Shown piece by piece: positions 20,260 through 31,069 of a stretch of DNA of 64,000 nt (position 1 is its first letter; each line of letters begins with the position of its first letter). A model generated the notes under the pieces. That model had not been told where the DNA came from. It saw nothing but the letters and a program-made list of their open reading frames with translations, and did not search any database. Both the position numbers and the translations under genes were made by a program. The stretch lies in assembly GCA_963755025.1 (NCBI GenBank), contig CAVWIH010000027.1:1-64000 (forward strand). Direction: 5' to 3'. The DNA comes from an uncultured Actinomycetes bacterium (GTDB taxonomy: Bacteria > Actinomycetota > Thermoleophilia > UBA2241).

Positions 20260-21162
20260 GGCCGCACGACCGAGCGCAGCACGAGGGCGTCGGCCACGAT
20301 GCCGGCGAGCGCCTCTATGAACGGCGGCCAGTCGTTCAGTCCGGGGCTGCGCAAGAACCGCAGGCCGCAGCCCTCGGCGACCTGCCGCAACTCGACGTCG
20401 AGGTCGTAGAGCGTCTCGACGTGGTCGGCCACAAACCCGAGCGGCACGACCAGCAGGTCCTTCCAGCCGGCGGCGGCGAGCTCGCGCACGGCATCGGCCG
20501 CCTCGGGTTCGAGCCACTCGCCGCCCCGGCGACCCTTGCTCTGGAAGGCCAGCCGCCAGTCGCCGGGCATGAGGACCGGGAGGAGTTGGGCGATCGTCTC
20601 GTGGAGCTGGTCGACGTAGGGGTCGCCGCGCGGCGATGGTGCCGCGCGGCACGTTGTGGGCCGTGAAGAGCACCGCCGACTCCTGGGCGTCGGCTCCAGC
20701 CAGCGACTCGCCGATCCGCCGGCCGAGGGCGGCCACGTAGCGCGGATCGACGTGCCAGCCGTCGAGCAACGGCAGCTCGGCGCGGCCTGCCGAGGCGAGC
20801 GCGGCGCGGTAGGCGCCGGTCGTAAGGCGCGACGAGAAGGGCGACAGCGGCAGCACGACCGTGGCGGGACCGTCGAGCTCGGCCAGGCAGTCGGCGACCG
20901 TCGGCGAGCAATACAGAAAGCCGGGACGCACGCGCACGGCGCCGTCGAGCCGCGCGCTCAGCGCATCCTGCAGGGCGACCGCCTGCCGGCGCGTGATGGC
21001 CGGCAGCGGCGAGCCGCCGCCGATCGTCTCGTAGCGGGCGACCGCGGCGGCCAGCAGGCCGGGCGCCGGAGCGACGCCGGTCAGCGCCGCGACGAATGGC
21101 GCGACGTCGGCAACCGTCTCGGGTCCGCCGAAAGCGAGCAGGGCGACGTCGGCGCCGGGCAC
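20256..21162 (-). CDS. hemH: Ferrochelatase HemH/CpfC (frameshift near 20625)
   Basis: LLAFGGPE, RYETIGGGSPL, LFTAHNVP; C-terminal AFQSKG...WLEP...GFVADHVETLYDLD in the second frame. Confidence 0.9.
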
Positions 21163-21165
21163 GCG

Positions 21166-22317
<1,152 letters not shown>

Positions 22318-22490
22318 GTCGGTCGTCGCTTTCGTCGAAACGGGGCGCTGCAGCTCCCCAGAACGACTCTATTCTAAGTCGGAAGCAACGACAGGAGGCA
22401 GACGGCGAACGCGTGAGCGCTGGCGCGGAGGCGGCGTTCGGTCGCGGAGGCGGCGGTTGGTCGCGGAGGCGGCCGGTCGCTGCGAGTCGC

Positions 22491-22832
22491 TCAGCCGCGC
22501 GGCCGGTAGCCTTCGCCGAGAGCCGCGCGGCGGCAGGTGCGGCACACGGTGACGTAGCGCGCGGTCAGCGGCGAGACCATGGGAAAGCGCCCCGCGTGGC
22601 GGCCGAGCGGCTCGCCGCACAGGTCGCAGCGCGCGTACTCCCGTGCCGCCGCCGCGCCCGTGCTTCGCTTGGCGACCGGCGGCACGGAAAGCGCGGCCTC
22701 GAAGGGCAGCGCGGCTACGTCGGACCCAGCCGGAACGGGCGTGGTGGCGGGATCGGGCGGTGCGCCAAGCCCAGCGGCTGAGGGGACCAAACCGGCGTGG
22801 TATGGCGATTGAGAGGCAGACTTGCGGGCCAT
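22491..22832 (-). CDS. Small hypothetical protein with putative Zn ribbon (CxxC...CxxC)
   Basis: RCDLCGEPL...VTVCRTCRR; AGGAG RBS upstream of the ATG. Confidence 0.55.
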   Translation of the reverse strand: MARKSASQSPYHAGLVPSAAGLGAPPDPATTPVPAGSDVAALPFEAALSVPPVAKRSTGAAAAREYARCDLCGEPLGRHAGRFPMVSPLTARYVTVCRTCRRAALGEGYRPRG

Positions 22833-23040
22833 GTCACACTCCTGTCCGGCGGGGGGCCGTCGCCGCCCGCCTGGGGTGGCGGGGAAGCGGCGGGGGTGTT
22901 CCGAACGGTGAGTCAGAACTACCCGGCGGCCGGGCCCTGCAAACCCTCACGGGGGCAGGGCAAAAGCCGCCCGCTCGTCCGGCGGCGGGGGTGCGCTCGA
23001 CCGTCGTGCGAGCACCCGGGACGGCGCCGGACCCACCCGC

Positions 23041-23106
23041 CTTATCCTTATCCCTGGTTGGATAAATATTCCTTATTGGACAAATAACTGGTCGCTATTC
23101 AAGATG
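23041..23106 (+). promoter_or_regulatory. AT-rich promoter/operator of the hdr-like operon
   Basis: Palindrome TTATCC-N6-GGATAA (23048-23065) and direct repeat TTGGA(T/C)AAATA at 23058 and 23076, in an otherwise very GC-rich window. Confidence 0.6.
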
Positions 23107-23135
23107 ACGTGACCGGCTTGGACGACTGGGGAGCC

Positions 23136-24137
23136 ATGGCGACGACCACACCTGATATCCCGGCGGTGACGGGCGGCGTGCTGCTCTTTCGCAGCTGCCT
23201 GATCTCGACCGAATACCCGGGCTGCGAGGCGGCCACCAAGTGGCTCTTCGAGCGCTTCGGCATCGAGTACGCCGTGCTGCCCGAACAGACCTGCTGCACC
23301 GGCTTGGGCTACTACTCGGAGATCGTGCCGGTGGCCACGTCGGTGGCTCTGGCCGCGCGCAACGCCTGCGTCGCGGTCGAGAGCGGCCACCCCGTGATGA
23401 GCTACCTCTGCTCGACCTGCTACGCCATCAACAAGAAGGCGCGCAACATACTGGCGGTGCCCGAGTACCGCGCCGACACCAACCGCGTGCTCGCCGAGCT
23501 CGATCGCCAGTACACCGACGACGTCGCGGCCACCGTGCGCCACAGCCACACCATGGAGATCCTGTGGAGCGCCCACGAGTCGATCCCCGGTCTCATCAGG
23601 CGGCGGCTCGACGGCATCAAGGTCGCCACCCACCCGGCCTGCCACTACTGCAAGGTCTTCCCCGACGAGGTCGTGGGCGACAGCGAGAACTTCATGATCC
23701 CCGAGGACCTGCTCGAGGCCACCGGGGTCGTCAAGACCGGTCTCTACAACGAAAAGACGGGGCACTGCGGGGCCGGCTTTCGCCAGCGCTTCGTGAACCC
23801 TTCGATCGCCATGGCGGTCACCCGCGAGAAGCTGCGCCGCCTCGCCCAGGAGAAGGTCGACGTGTGCGTCCACATGTGCCCGAACTGCGCCATCCAGTTC
23901 GATCGCCACCACGACATCATCGAGGAGTCGTCGCACGAGACCTACCCCTTCGTGCACCTCCACGTGCAGCAACTCCTGGCTCTCGCCTTGGGAGCCGACC
24001 CCGACAAGGACTGCGGCGTGGCCTCGCACTCCCAGGACATCGAGCCGCTGCTGGCGCGCATCGGCGCGCGCCGCAGGGTCGGCGTGACCCCCGCCGGCGA
24101 CGCGGCCGGCCCGACTCCGGCCGGAGACCACCAGTGA
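23136..24137 (+). CDS. hdrB: Heterodisulfide reductase subunit B-like (two CCG domains)
   Basis: FRSC...YPGCEAAT, TCCTG, ARN, CSTC, HPACH, HCGAG, CPNC, HVQQLLALALG. Confidence 0.88.
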   Translation: MATTTPDIPAVTGGVLLFRSCLISTEYPGCEAATKWLFERFGIEYAVLPEQTCCTGLGYYSEIVPVATSVALAARNACVAVESGHPVMSYLCSTCYAINKKARNILAVPEYRADTNRVLAELDRQYTDDVAATVRHSHTMEILWSAHESIPGLIRRRLDGIKVATHPACHYCKVFPDEVVGDSENFMIPEDLLEATGVVKTGLYNEKTGHCGAGFRQRFVNPSIAMAVTREKLRRLAQEKVDVCVHMCPNCAIQFDRHHDIIEESSHETYPFVHLHVQQLLALALGADPDKDCGVASHSQDIEPLLARIGARRRVGVTPAGDAAGPTPAGDHQ

Positions 24138-27100
24138 GGGCCGGCGTCTTTCTGTGCCGGTGCGGCGGCAACATCTCGGGCGTGCTCGACCTCGAGGACC
24201 TCGCCGCCGGCGTGCGCAGCCTCGACGGCGTGGTCGCCGTCGACGTCAACCAGTTCATGTGCGGCACCGAGGGTCGCGAGATCATCGCGAAGGCGGTCGA
24301 GGACCGCGGCCTCGACCACCTCGTGATCGCCTCATGCTCGCCGCGCTTTCAGGGGCCGACCTTCGAGCGCATCGCCCGCGAGCTGCGCCTCGGCGAGAAC
24401 GCCGTCGCCTTCGCCAACATCCGCGAGGGCTGCTCGTTCATCCACGCCGCCGTTCCGGCGCTGGCCCAGGAGAAGGCCCGCAAGATCGTGCGCGCCGCCG
24501 TAGCCCGCGCCCACTGTCAGTCCGACCTGCCGCGCTCACGCACGTTCCTGCACCGCTCGGCGCTCGTGGTCGGCGGCGGCATCGCCGGCATGACGGCCGC
24601 CGAAGAGCTTGCCGGCGCCGGCATCGAGGTCCACCTGGTCGAGCAGTCGCCGAGCCTGGGCGGCTACATGGCGCGACTCTCCAAGACCTTTCCCACCGAG
24701 GACTGCGCCATGTGCTCACTGGCGCCGCGCCTGACCACCACCGCCCTCGAGTCGCGCGTGCACCTGCACACGCTGACCGAGGTCGGCGAGATCTCGGGCC
24801 CGCCCGGCGAGTTTCGCGTGACGCTGCGCCACAAGCCGCGCTACGTCACCGAGGCCTGCGTGGGCTGCGGCGAGTGCGAGCCCGTGTGCCCGGTGAGCTA
24901 CGGCAACGACTTCGATTTCGGCGTCGCCCAGCGGCGCGCCATCAACCGGCCCTTCGCCAACGCCGTGCCGGCCACGTTCCACGTAGAGCGCAAGGGCTGG
25001 TCGCCCTGTAAGAGCGCCTGCGCCGTGCACACCTCGGCTCAGGGCTACGTCGCCCTGGTCGCCGCCGGGCGCTTCGCCGAGGCCTATCGCGTGGCCGCCG
25101 AGCCCAACCCGTTTCCCAGCGTCTGCGGACGCATCTGCACGCGTCTGTGCGAGACCGCCTGCGCGCGCGGCGCCGTCGACCAGCCGGTCGCCATCGCCGC
25201 CCTCAAGCGCTTCGTGGCCGACGAGATCGGCCCCACGCTGCCGGTAGCGCCGGCCCCGGTCATCCACGACGAGAAGGTCGCCGTGGTGGGCGGCGGGCCG
25301 GCCGGCCTGACCGCCGCCCGCGACCTCGCCGACCTGGGCTACGCCACCACCGTCTTCGAGGCCCAGCCGGTGGCCGGCGGCATGCTGCGCACCGGCATCC
25401 CCGACTACCGCCTGCCGGGCGCCACCATCCAGCGCGAGATCGACCAGATCCTCGCCCGGGGCGTCGAGCTGCGCTTGAACCAGCGCGCCGGCGCCGACTT
25501 CACGGTCGACGGGCTGCTCGCCGACGGCTTCAGCGCCGTCTACCTGGCCACCGGGCTGCAGCGGAGCGCCGCTGTCGAGATCCCCGGCGCCGAGCTCGAC
25601 GGCGTGCAGGGGGCGGTCGAGCTGCTGCGCGCCGTCAACCTCGGCCGACCGGCGGCGGTGGGCGCCAGGGTCGTCGTGATCGGCGGCGGCGACGTCGCCC
25701 TCGACGCCGCCCGCAGCGCCATCCGACTGCAGGTGACCGCCGGGCGCGAGCCCGACGTCACGCTGGTTTACCGGCGCTCCAGGGTCGAGATGCCGGCCAA
25801 CGCAAGCGAGGTCGACGAGGCCAAAGACGAGGGCCTCAAGGTCGAGTTCCTCGTGCAGCCGGTCGCGATCTGCGGCAAGGACGGCGCGGTCGCCGGTCTC
25901 ACGGCCGAGCGCTGCGCGCTCGCCGAGCCCGACGCTTCGGGCCGCCGCCGGCCGCTGCCCATCGCCGGCTCGCGGTTCGAGCTGGCGTGCGACACGGTGA
26001 TCTTCGCCGTCGGCCAGGCCGTCGTGACCGACTTCCTCGACGGCTGCGCCGGCGTGCGCCTCGAGGACGGCCAGGTGAAGACCGACCGCGACACCGGCAT
26101 GACCGACCGCCCCGGCGTCTTCGCCGGCGGCGACGTGGCGGCCACCGGCCTGTTCACCGCCATCGAAGCGGTCGCCGCCGGCCGCCGCGCCGCCGCCGCC
26201 ATCCACAACCACCTGCGCGGCGAGACGCTGCTGCCGGTCTGGCAGCAGGAGCAGGGCGCCGCTCGCCCGACGACCGAGGAGCTCGCCGCCGTCGCCGTGG
26301 GCCAGCGCGTGCCGATGGCGCTGGTCGACGGACTGCGCCGCCGCGCCGACTGGCACGAGATCTCGCCCGGCTACGACGCCGCAGGGGCCGTCGCAGAGGC
26401 CGCGCGCTGTCTGTCGTGCGCCGTCTGCGCCGACTGCGGCTCGTGCGTGCGCGCCTGTCCGTCGGGCGCCGTCGACCTGGACGACCGCGAGTGGCGTGAA
26501 GAGATCTCGGTGGGCGCCGTGATCGTGGCCACCGGCCATCAGGAGTTCGACGCCCGGCGCAAGCCGGCGCTCGGCTTCGGCCGCTTTCGCAACGTCCTGA
26601 CCCAGAGCCAGCTGGCCCGCCTGCTGGCCGCGGCCGGACCGACCGAGGGCGAGGTTCGCCGGCCTTCCGACGGCGCCGCGCCGCGCAGGATCTTCATGCT
26701 GCAGTGCGTGGGTTCGCGCGACTGCCAGAGCAGCGGCAACGAGCATTGCTCGGCCGTCTGCTGCCTGTTCGCCACCCTGCACGCCTCGCTGCTCAAACAG
26801 CACTACCCCGACGCCGAGATCACCATCGCCTACACGGACATGCGCACCCCGGGCAAGGGGCACGAGGAGTACTACCGTCTCGTGCAGAGCCGCGGCGTGC
26901 GCTACGTGCGCGGCCGCATCGCCGAGCTCGTCGAAGAACCCGACGAGCGCCTGCGCGTGCGCCTCGAGGACACAGCGACCGGCGCCAAGCACGAGGAGCT
27001 GTTCGACCTGGTCGTGCTCTCGGCGGGCCTCGAGGCCTCGGACGGCACCCGGCAGATCGCCCGGGTGGCCGGCCTGCAGACGGGCGCGGCCGGCTTCATC

Positions 27101-27487
27101 AAGGAGTACCACCCCAAGCTCGCCCCCGTCGACACGCAGCGCGCCGGCATGTTCGTGTGCGGCACCGCGCAGGGGCCCAAGAACATCCCCGACTCGATCG
27201 CCCAGGCCAAGGCGGCGGCGGCGCGCGCGGTCGCCATGCTGTCCAGCGGCTTCGTGCTCACCCCGGCCCAGGTGGCTTCGTCGGACACGACCGTCTGCAT
27301 AGGCTGCGGCGTCTGCGAAAGCTCGTGTCCGCAGGGCGCGGTGGCGCTCTCGGGCGCGGTCGCGCACGCCGTGGTCGACGCCAACGTCTGCCGCGGCTGC
27401 GGCATCTGCGCCGCCGACTGCCCCTCGGGCGCCATGCAGCTGGGCGGCTTCAGCGACGCCGAGATCCTCGCCGAGGTGACGGTGTGA
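24134..27487 (+). CDS. hdrA: HdrA-like flavoprotein with inserted GltD/NfnB-like NAD(P)H oxidoreductase module (HdrL-type)
   Basis: VFLCRCG, SCSPR, NIREGC, GGGIAG, TFPTEDCAMC; insert SPCKSAC...CGRICTRLCETAC, GGGPAG, GGGDVA, YRRS, EAARCLSC; HdrA C-half QCVGSRD, CSAVCC, GPK; terminal 2x[4Fe-4S]. Confidence 0.9.
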   Translation: MRAGVFLCRCGGNISGVLDLEDLAAGVRSLDGVVAVDVNQFMCGTEGREIIAKAVEDRGLDHLVIASCSPRFQGPTFERIARELRLGENAVAFANIREGCSFIHAAVPALAQEKARKIVRAAVARAHCQSDLPRSRTFLHRSALVVGGGIAGMTAAEELAGAGIEVHLVEQSPSLGGYMARLSKTFPTEDCAMCSLAPRLTTTALESRVHLHTLTEVGEISGPPGEFRVTLRHKPRYVTEACVGCGECEPVCPVSYGNDFDFGVAQRRAINRPFANAVPATFHVERKGWSPCKSACAVHTSAQGYVALVAAGRFAEAYRVAAEPNPFPSVCGRICTRLCETACARGAVDQPVAIAALKRFVADEIGPTLPVAPAPVIHDEKVAVVGGGPAGLTAARDLADLGYATTVFEAQPVAGGMLRTGIPDYRLPGATIQREIDQILARGVELRLNQRAGADFTVDGLLADGFSAVYLATGLQRSAAVEIPGAELDGVQGAVELLRAVNLGRPAAVGARVVVIGGGDVALDAARSAIRLQVTAGREPDVTLVYRRSRVEMPANASEVDEAKDEGLKVEFLVQPVAICGKDGAVAGLTAERCALAEPDASGRRRPLPIAGSRFELACDTVIFAVGQAVVTDFLDGCAGVRLEDGQVKTDRDTGMTDRPGVFAGGDVAATGLFTAIEAVAAGRRAAAAIHNHLRGETLLPVWQQEQGAARPTTEELAAVAVGQRVPMALVDGLRRRADWHEISPGYDAAGAVAEAARCLSCAVCADCGSCVRACPSGAVDLDDREWREEISVGAVIVATGHQEFDARRKPALGFGRFRNVLTQSQLARLLAAAGPTEGEVRRPSDGAAPRRIFMLQCVGSRDCQSSGNEHCSAVCCLFATLHASLLKQHYPDAEITIAYTDMRTPGKGHEEYYRLVQSRGVRYVRGRIAELVEEPDERLRVRLEDTATGAKHEELFDLVVLSAGLEASDGTRQIARVAGLQTGAAGFIKEYHPKLAPVDTQRAGMFVCGTAQGPKNIPDSIAQAKAAAARAVAMLSSGFVLTPAQVASSDTTVCIGCGVCESSCPQGAVALSGAVAHAVVDANVCRGCGICAADCPSGAMQLGGFSDAEILAEVTV

Positions 27488-28071
27488 GTGTGGTGGCCGG
27501 GGTCGCCCGGGCGCTGCCGGGAGTGCACGCCGCGCCGGAGGCAAGCGAAGTGCCGAGCGCGGCCGCCGCGGAGGATGCGGCCCCGCGGGGTGCAGCCGTG
27601 CCGGGTGCCGCCGCGCCGGGTGCCGCCGCGCCGGGTGCCGCCGCCCTGGGTGCCGCCGCGCCGGGTGCGGAGCCGCGCCGCACCGTCGTCGCCTTCTGCT
27701 GTCGCGAGTGCGCTTACGCCGCGGCCGACGCCAGCGCCAACGCGCGCACGTCGCTGCCGCCGACCGTGCGCCTGGTGCTGCTGCCTTGCACGGGCCGGGT
27801 CTCGCCGCTGCACCTGCTCGAGGCGCTGGCCGGCGACGCCGACGGCGTCATGGTGGCGGGCTGCCTCGAGGGCCAGTGCCACTATCGCGAGGGCAACTTC
27901 AACGCCCTCGACCGCGTGCTGTTCGTGCAGCGCGTGCTGGCCTCGGTGGGCGTCGAACCCGAGCGCGCGCGCATGTTCACCATGAGCGCCGGCGAGCCGC
28001 CCAGGTTCGCGGCCGCCGTGCGCGAGATGGACCGCGCGATCGCCGCCCTGCCGCCCCTGCCGAGGTCGTGA
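27484..28071 (+). CDS. mvhD: MvhD/FlpD-like [2Fe-2S] subunit with PGAAA-repeat N-terminus
   Basis: AFCCRECAYAAAD, PCTGRV, ADGVMVAGCLEGQCHYREGN, SAGE. Confidence 0.9.
   Translation: MSVVAGVARALPGVHAAPEASEVPSAAAAEDAAPRGAAVPGAAAPGAAAPGAAALGAAAPGAEPRRTVVAFCCRECAYAAADASANARTSLPPTVRLVLLPCTGRVSPLHLLEALAGDADGVMVAGCLEGQCHYREGNFNALDRVLFVQRVLASVGVEPERARMFTMSAGEPPRFAAAVREMDRAIAALPPLPRS
27601..27670 (+). repeat. 15-bp tandem repeat (CCGGGTGCCGCCGCG) x~4.5 encoding PGAAA
   Basis: Directly visible tandem units. Confidence 0.9.
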
Positions 28072-28073
28072 CG

Positions 28074-28490
28074 ATGCCGCTGAGCCACCGCGGCCGCGAG
28101 GTACTGGAGCGTCTGCCGCAGGCCGCCTTTGCCGGCGACAGCGCTCTGGGCTGCGAGATCGTGCGCCACGACGAGCTCTGCGTGGGCTGCGGCAGGTGCG
28201 CCGCCGCCTGCCCGAGCGGGGCCAACACCCAGAGCGACCGTTTCGACGTGAACCAGCTTCTCGACGCCCCCCAGGGCAGCCGGCGCGGCGCCCTGGGCGC
28301 CGCCTTGCGGCGCCTGCAGCGCCGCGCCCCCGACGGCCCCGTGGCCGTGCCCGCGCGCGTCACGACCTATCGCACGATCGACTACGACGCCGCCGTCTGC
28401 CTGGGCTGCGGCGCCTGCGCCCGCGCCTGCCCGGCGCAGGCCATCGAGGCGCTGGCCCCGCGGGTCGCGCCGGTCGAGGTCGCGACGTGA
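28074..28490 (+). CDS. 2x[4Fe-4S] ferredoxin-like protein
   Basis: CVGCGRCAAACP and CLGCGACARACP separated by a ~50-aa insert. Confidence 0.85.
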   Translation: MPLSHRGREVLERLPQAAFAGDSALGCEIVRHDELCVGCGRCAAACPSGANTQSDRFDVNQLLDAPQGSRRGALGAALRRLQRRAPDGPVAVPARVTTYRTIDYDAAVCLGCGACARACPAQAIEALAPRVAPVEVAT

Positions 28491-31069
28491 GCGGCGTCGA
28501 GGCCGCCACCGGCGCCACTGTGAGCGGCGCCGCCGCCGCGAGCGACGCGAACCTCGCCACGACGATCGCGCACGCCGCGAGCGGCGCCCGGCCGCTCGTG
28601 CTGCTCTGCGAGTGCGCCGGCACCATGGCCAACATCGACTTCGCGGCGCTCGAGACGCGCCTCGCCGCCCACGCCGACGTGCGGCGCGGCGCCCACTGGT
28701 GTGCGCGCGACGGCCAGGCGCGCCTGCTCGAGCTCCTCGAGGGCGACCCGCGGCGGCCGGTCTTCGCCGGCTGCTCGCGCGACTTCTCCGACCGCCGCTT
28801 CCAGCGCCTCGCGGCGCGCGGCCTGCGCCTCGAGACGGCCGACATCCGCGAGGGCTGCTCGTGGGTGCACGACGGCGACACGGCGGTCGTCACCGACAAG
28901 GCGGCCCGCATAGTCCTGGCGGCGATGGCCTACCCGAGCGCTTCGGCCGATACGCTGGCCCGTACGCACAGGATCGACTCGGTCCTGGTGATCGGCGGCG
29001 GCGTGGCGGGCACACAGGCCGCCGTCGAGCTCGCCCAGATGGGTCACCGCGTCGACATGGTCGAGAGGCGCCCGTTCCTGGGCGGCCGCGCGGCCCGCAT
29101 AGGCACAGTGTTCCCGACCAACGACTGCGGCCAGTGCCTGCCGACCACCGACGCCCAGGCGGGCACGCGCAAGTGCTTTCACCGCAACGTCGCCATCGAC
29201 GACCCCAGCCTGCACATCTGGCGGCGCACCACCGTCGAGGCGGTCACCGGGCGCCCCGGCGAGTTCGAGGTCGCCCTCAAGCGCCTGCCGAACATCGTCA
29301 CCGCCGAGTGCCTCAACTGCAGCACCTGCGAGACCGTCTGCCCGGAGCCGTCGAGCGACGGCGCGCACAAGGCGATCTTCGCCGAGTTCTACGACGGCCG
29401 CGTGGTGCGCACCGTCGACCTCGACACGTGCACCTTCTGCGGCGCCTGCGCCAAGGACTGCCCCGTGCAGGCCATCGACTTCAGCCAGTCTCCGGAGCGC
29501 ACCACCGTCAAGGCCGGGGCGGTGCTCACCGCCGTGGGCTGCGACCCTTCGCCGGCGGCGCTCATCGACCACCTCGGCTACGGCCGCGACAACGTGGTCA
29601 CGCAGACCGAGTTCGCCGAGATGATGGACGACTGGACCGCCATGGCGTCGGTGGGCCGCACGCCGGCTCGCGACGTCGTGATGGTGCAGTGCGCCGGCTC
29701 GCGCGACCGCCGCCGCCTGCCCTACTGCTCGCGCCTCTGCTGCATGATCGCCCTCAAGCACGCGACGCGGCTCAAGCGCCTCTTTCCCGAGATGAAGGTG
29801 ACGATCTGCTACCTCGAGCTGCGCACGGCCGGCATCGGCTACGAGAACTGGTACCTCGAGGCGCGGCGCGCCGGCGTCGAGTTCCTGCGCGGCACGCCGC
29901 CCAGCGTGCAGTTCGACGAGCACGGCCGACCGGTGATCGAGGTCGAAGACATGACGGTGACCGAGAAGAAGACGTTGCGCCCCGACCTGGTCGTGCTCTC
30001 GCACGGCATGGTACCGGCGAAGGAGGTCGCGAGCCTGGCCGAGGTGCTGGGCATCGAGAGGAGCGAGGACGGCTTCGTCGAGATCCTCGACCGCAAGAAC
30101 CGCGCCACCGAGACGACCCGCGAGGGCATCTTCGTGTGCGGCTCGGCGGCCGGTCCCAAGGCGCTCGTCGAGTGCAACACCGAGGCCTCGGCGGTGGCGG
30201 CCGAGATCCACAACTTCCTGGGCTCGGCCGGCCGCCGCATGTCGCCCGCCTCGACCGTGCGCGCGGCGGCCTGCGTGGGCTGCGACGTGTGCGAGTCGAT
30301 GTGCCCCTTCGGCGCCATCAGCCGCGTCGAGCGCCCGGCCGGGGCGCCGCGCCCGGCCGAGGTCGACGGCGACGGCAGACTGGCCGTCATCGACTCGGAG
30401 ACCTGCCGTGCCTGCGGCATCTGCGCCGCCAACTGCCCGGAGATGGCGATCGAGCATCACCTCTCCGACGACGACCTCACCGGCCGCCTGCGCCTGCTGG
30501 CGGGCGACGTCGAACGACCGGTGATCGGCTTCTACTGCAAGGAGTGCGCCGGCGCGGCGATCGCCCTGAGCGGGCTGCGCCACGACGCCTACCCCGCCAA
30601 CGTCTGCCTGATCGAGCTGCCCTGCCTGGGCCGGGTGAGCGCCCTGCATATCGTCGAGGCGGCCCGCCTGGGCGCGGCCGGCGTCTTTTTGGCCGGCTGC
30701 GCCGAGGGCCGCTGCCAGTTTCGCGCAGGCGACACGAGCGCCGCCGCCCAGGCGGCGCTCGCCGACGAGTTGCTCACCGCCGCGGGGCTGGCCATGCCGC
30801 TCGAGCTCTGGCACCTGTGCGCCGTCGATCGCGGCACCGTCGGGCGCCGTATCCGCCTGTTCTGCGCACGCGCCCAGGGCGACGAGGCCGCCGCCGCGAT
30901 GCTCGTCTCCGAGACCCACCTCGTGGACCGGGCCACCGGCGCCGGCGACACCGCGGGCGACGCGCCGCGCGCACACGGCGCCGGTGACGAGGACTCTCCG
31001 CTGGGCGGGCGCCGCTCGCGCGGCGTCAGGGCGTCGCTTGCCGAAGGGGGTTGCCGTGACTGTCGCTGA
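28487..31069 (+). CDS. hdrA: HdrA-MvhD fusion protein
   Basis: LCECAG, DIREGCSWVH, GGGVAG, FPTNDCGQC, internal ferredoxin, QCAGSRD...YCSRLCCMIALK, GPK, second ferredoxin, C-terminal MvhD (FYCKEC, PCLGRV, GCAEGRCQF). Confidence 0.9.
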   Translation: MSGVEAATGATVSGAAAASDANLATTIAHAASGARPLVLLCECAGTMANIDFAALETRLAAHADVRRGAHWCARDGQARLLELLEGDPRRPVFAGCSRDFSDRRFQRLAARGLRLETADIREGCSWVHDGDTAVVTDKAARIVLAAMAYPSASADTLARTHRIDSVLVIGGGVAGTQAAVELAQMGHRVDMVERRPFLGGRAARIGTVFPTNDCGQCLPTTDAQAGTRKCFHRNVAIDDPSLHIWRRTTVEAVTGRPGEFEVALKRLPNIVTAECLNCSTCETVCPEPSSDGAHKAIFAEFYDGRVVRTVDLDTCTFCGACAKDCPVQAIDFSQSPERTTVKAGAVLTAVGCDPSPAALIDHLGYGRDNVVTQTEFAEMMDDWTAMASVGRTPARDVVMVQCAGSRDRRRLPYCSRLCCMIALKHATRLKRLFPEMKVTICYLELRTAGIGYENWYLEARRAGVEFLRGTPPSVQFDEHGRPVIEVEDMTVTEKKTLRPDLVVLSHGMVPAKEVASLAEVLGIERSEDGFVEILDRKNRATETTREGIFVCGSAAGPKALVECNTEASAVAAEIHNFLGSAGRRMSPASTVRAAACVGCDVCESMCPFGAISRVERPAGAPRPAEVDGDGRLAVIDSETCRACGICAANCPEMAIEHHLSDDDLTGRLRLLAGDVERPVIGFYCKECAGAAIALSGLRHDAYPANVCLIELPCLGRVSALHIVEAARLGAAGVFLAGCAEGRCQFRAGDTSAAAQAALADELLTAAGLAMPLELWHLCAVDRGTVGRRIRLFCARAQGDEAAAAMLVSETHLVDRATGAGDTAGDAPRAHGAGDEDSPLGGRRSRGVRASLAEGGCRDCR

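Noticed and set aside
18586-21162. 858-aa ORF suggesting a HemH-HemY fusion
   Set aside because: An artefact of the hemH frameshift. The true HemH C-terminus is in ORF 20256..20570 and its stop overlaps the hemY GTG.
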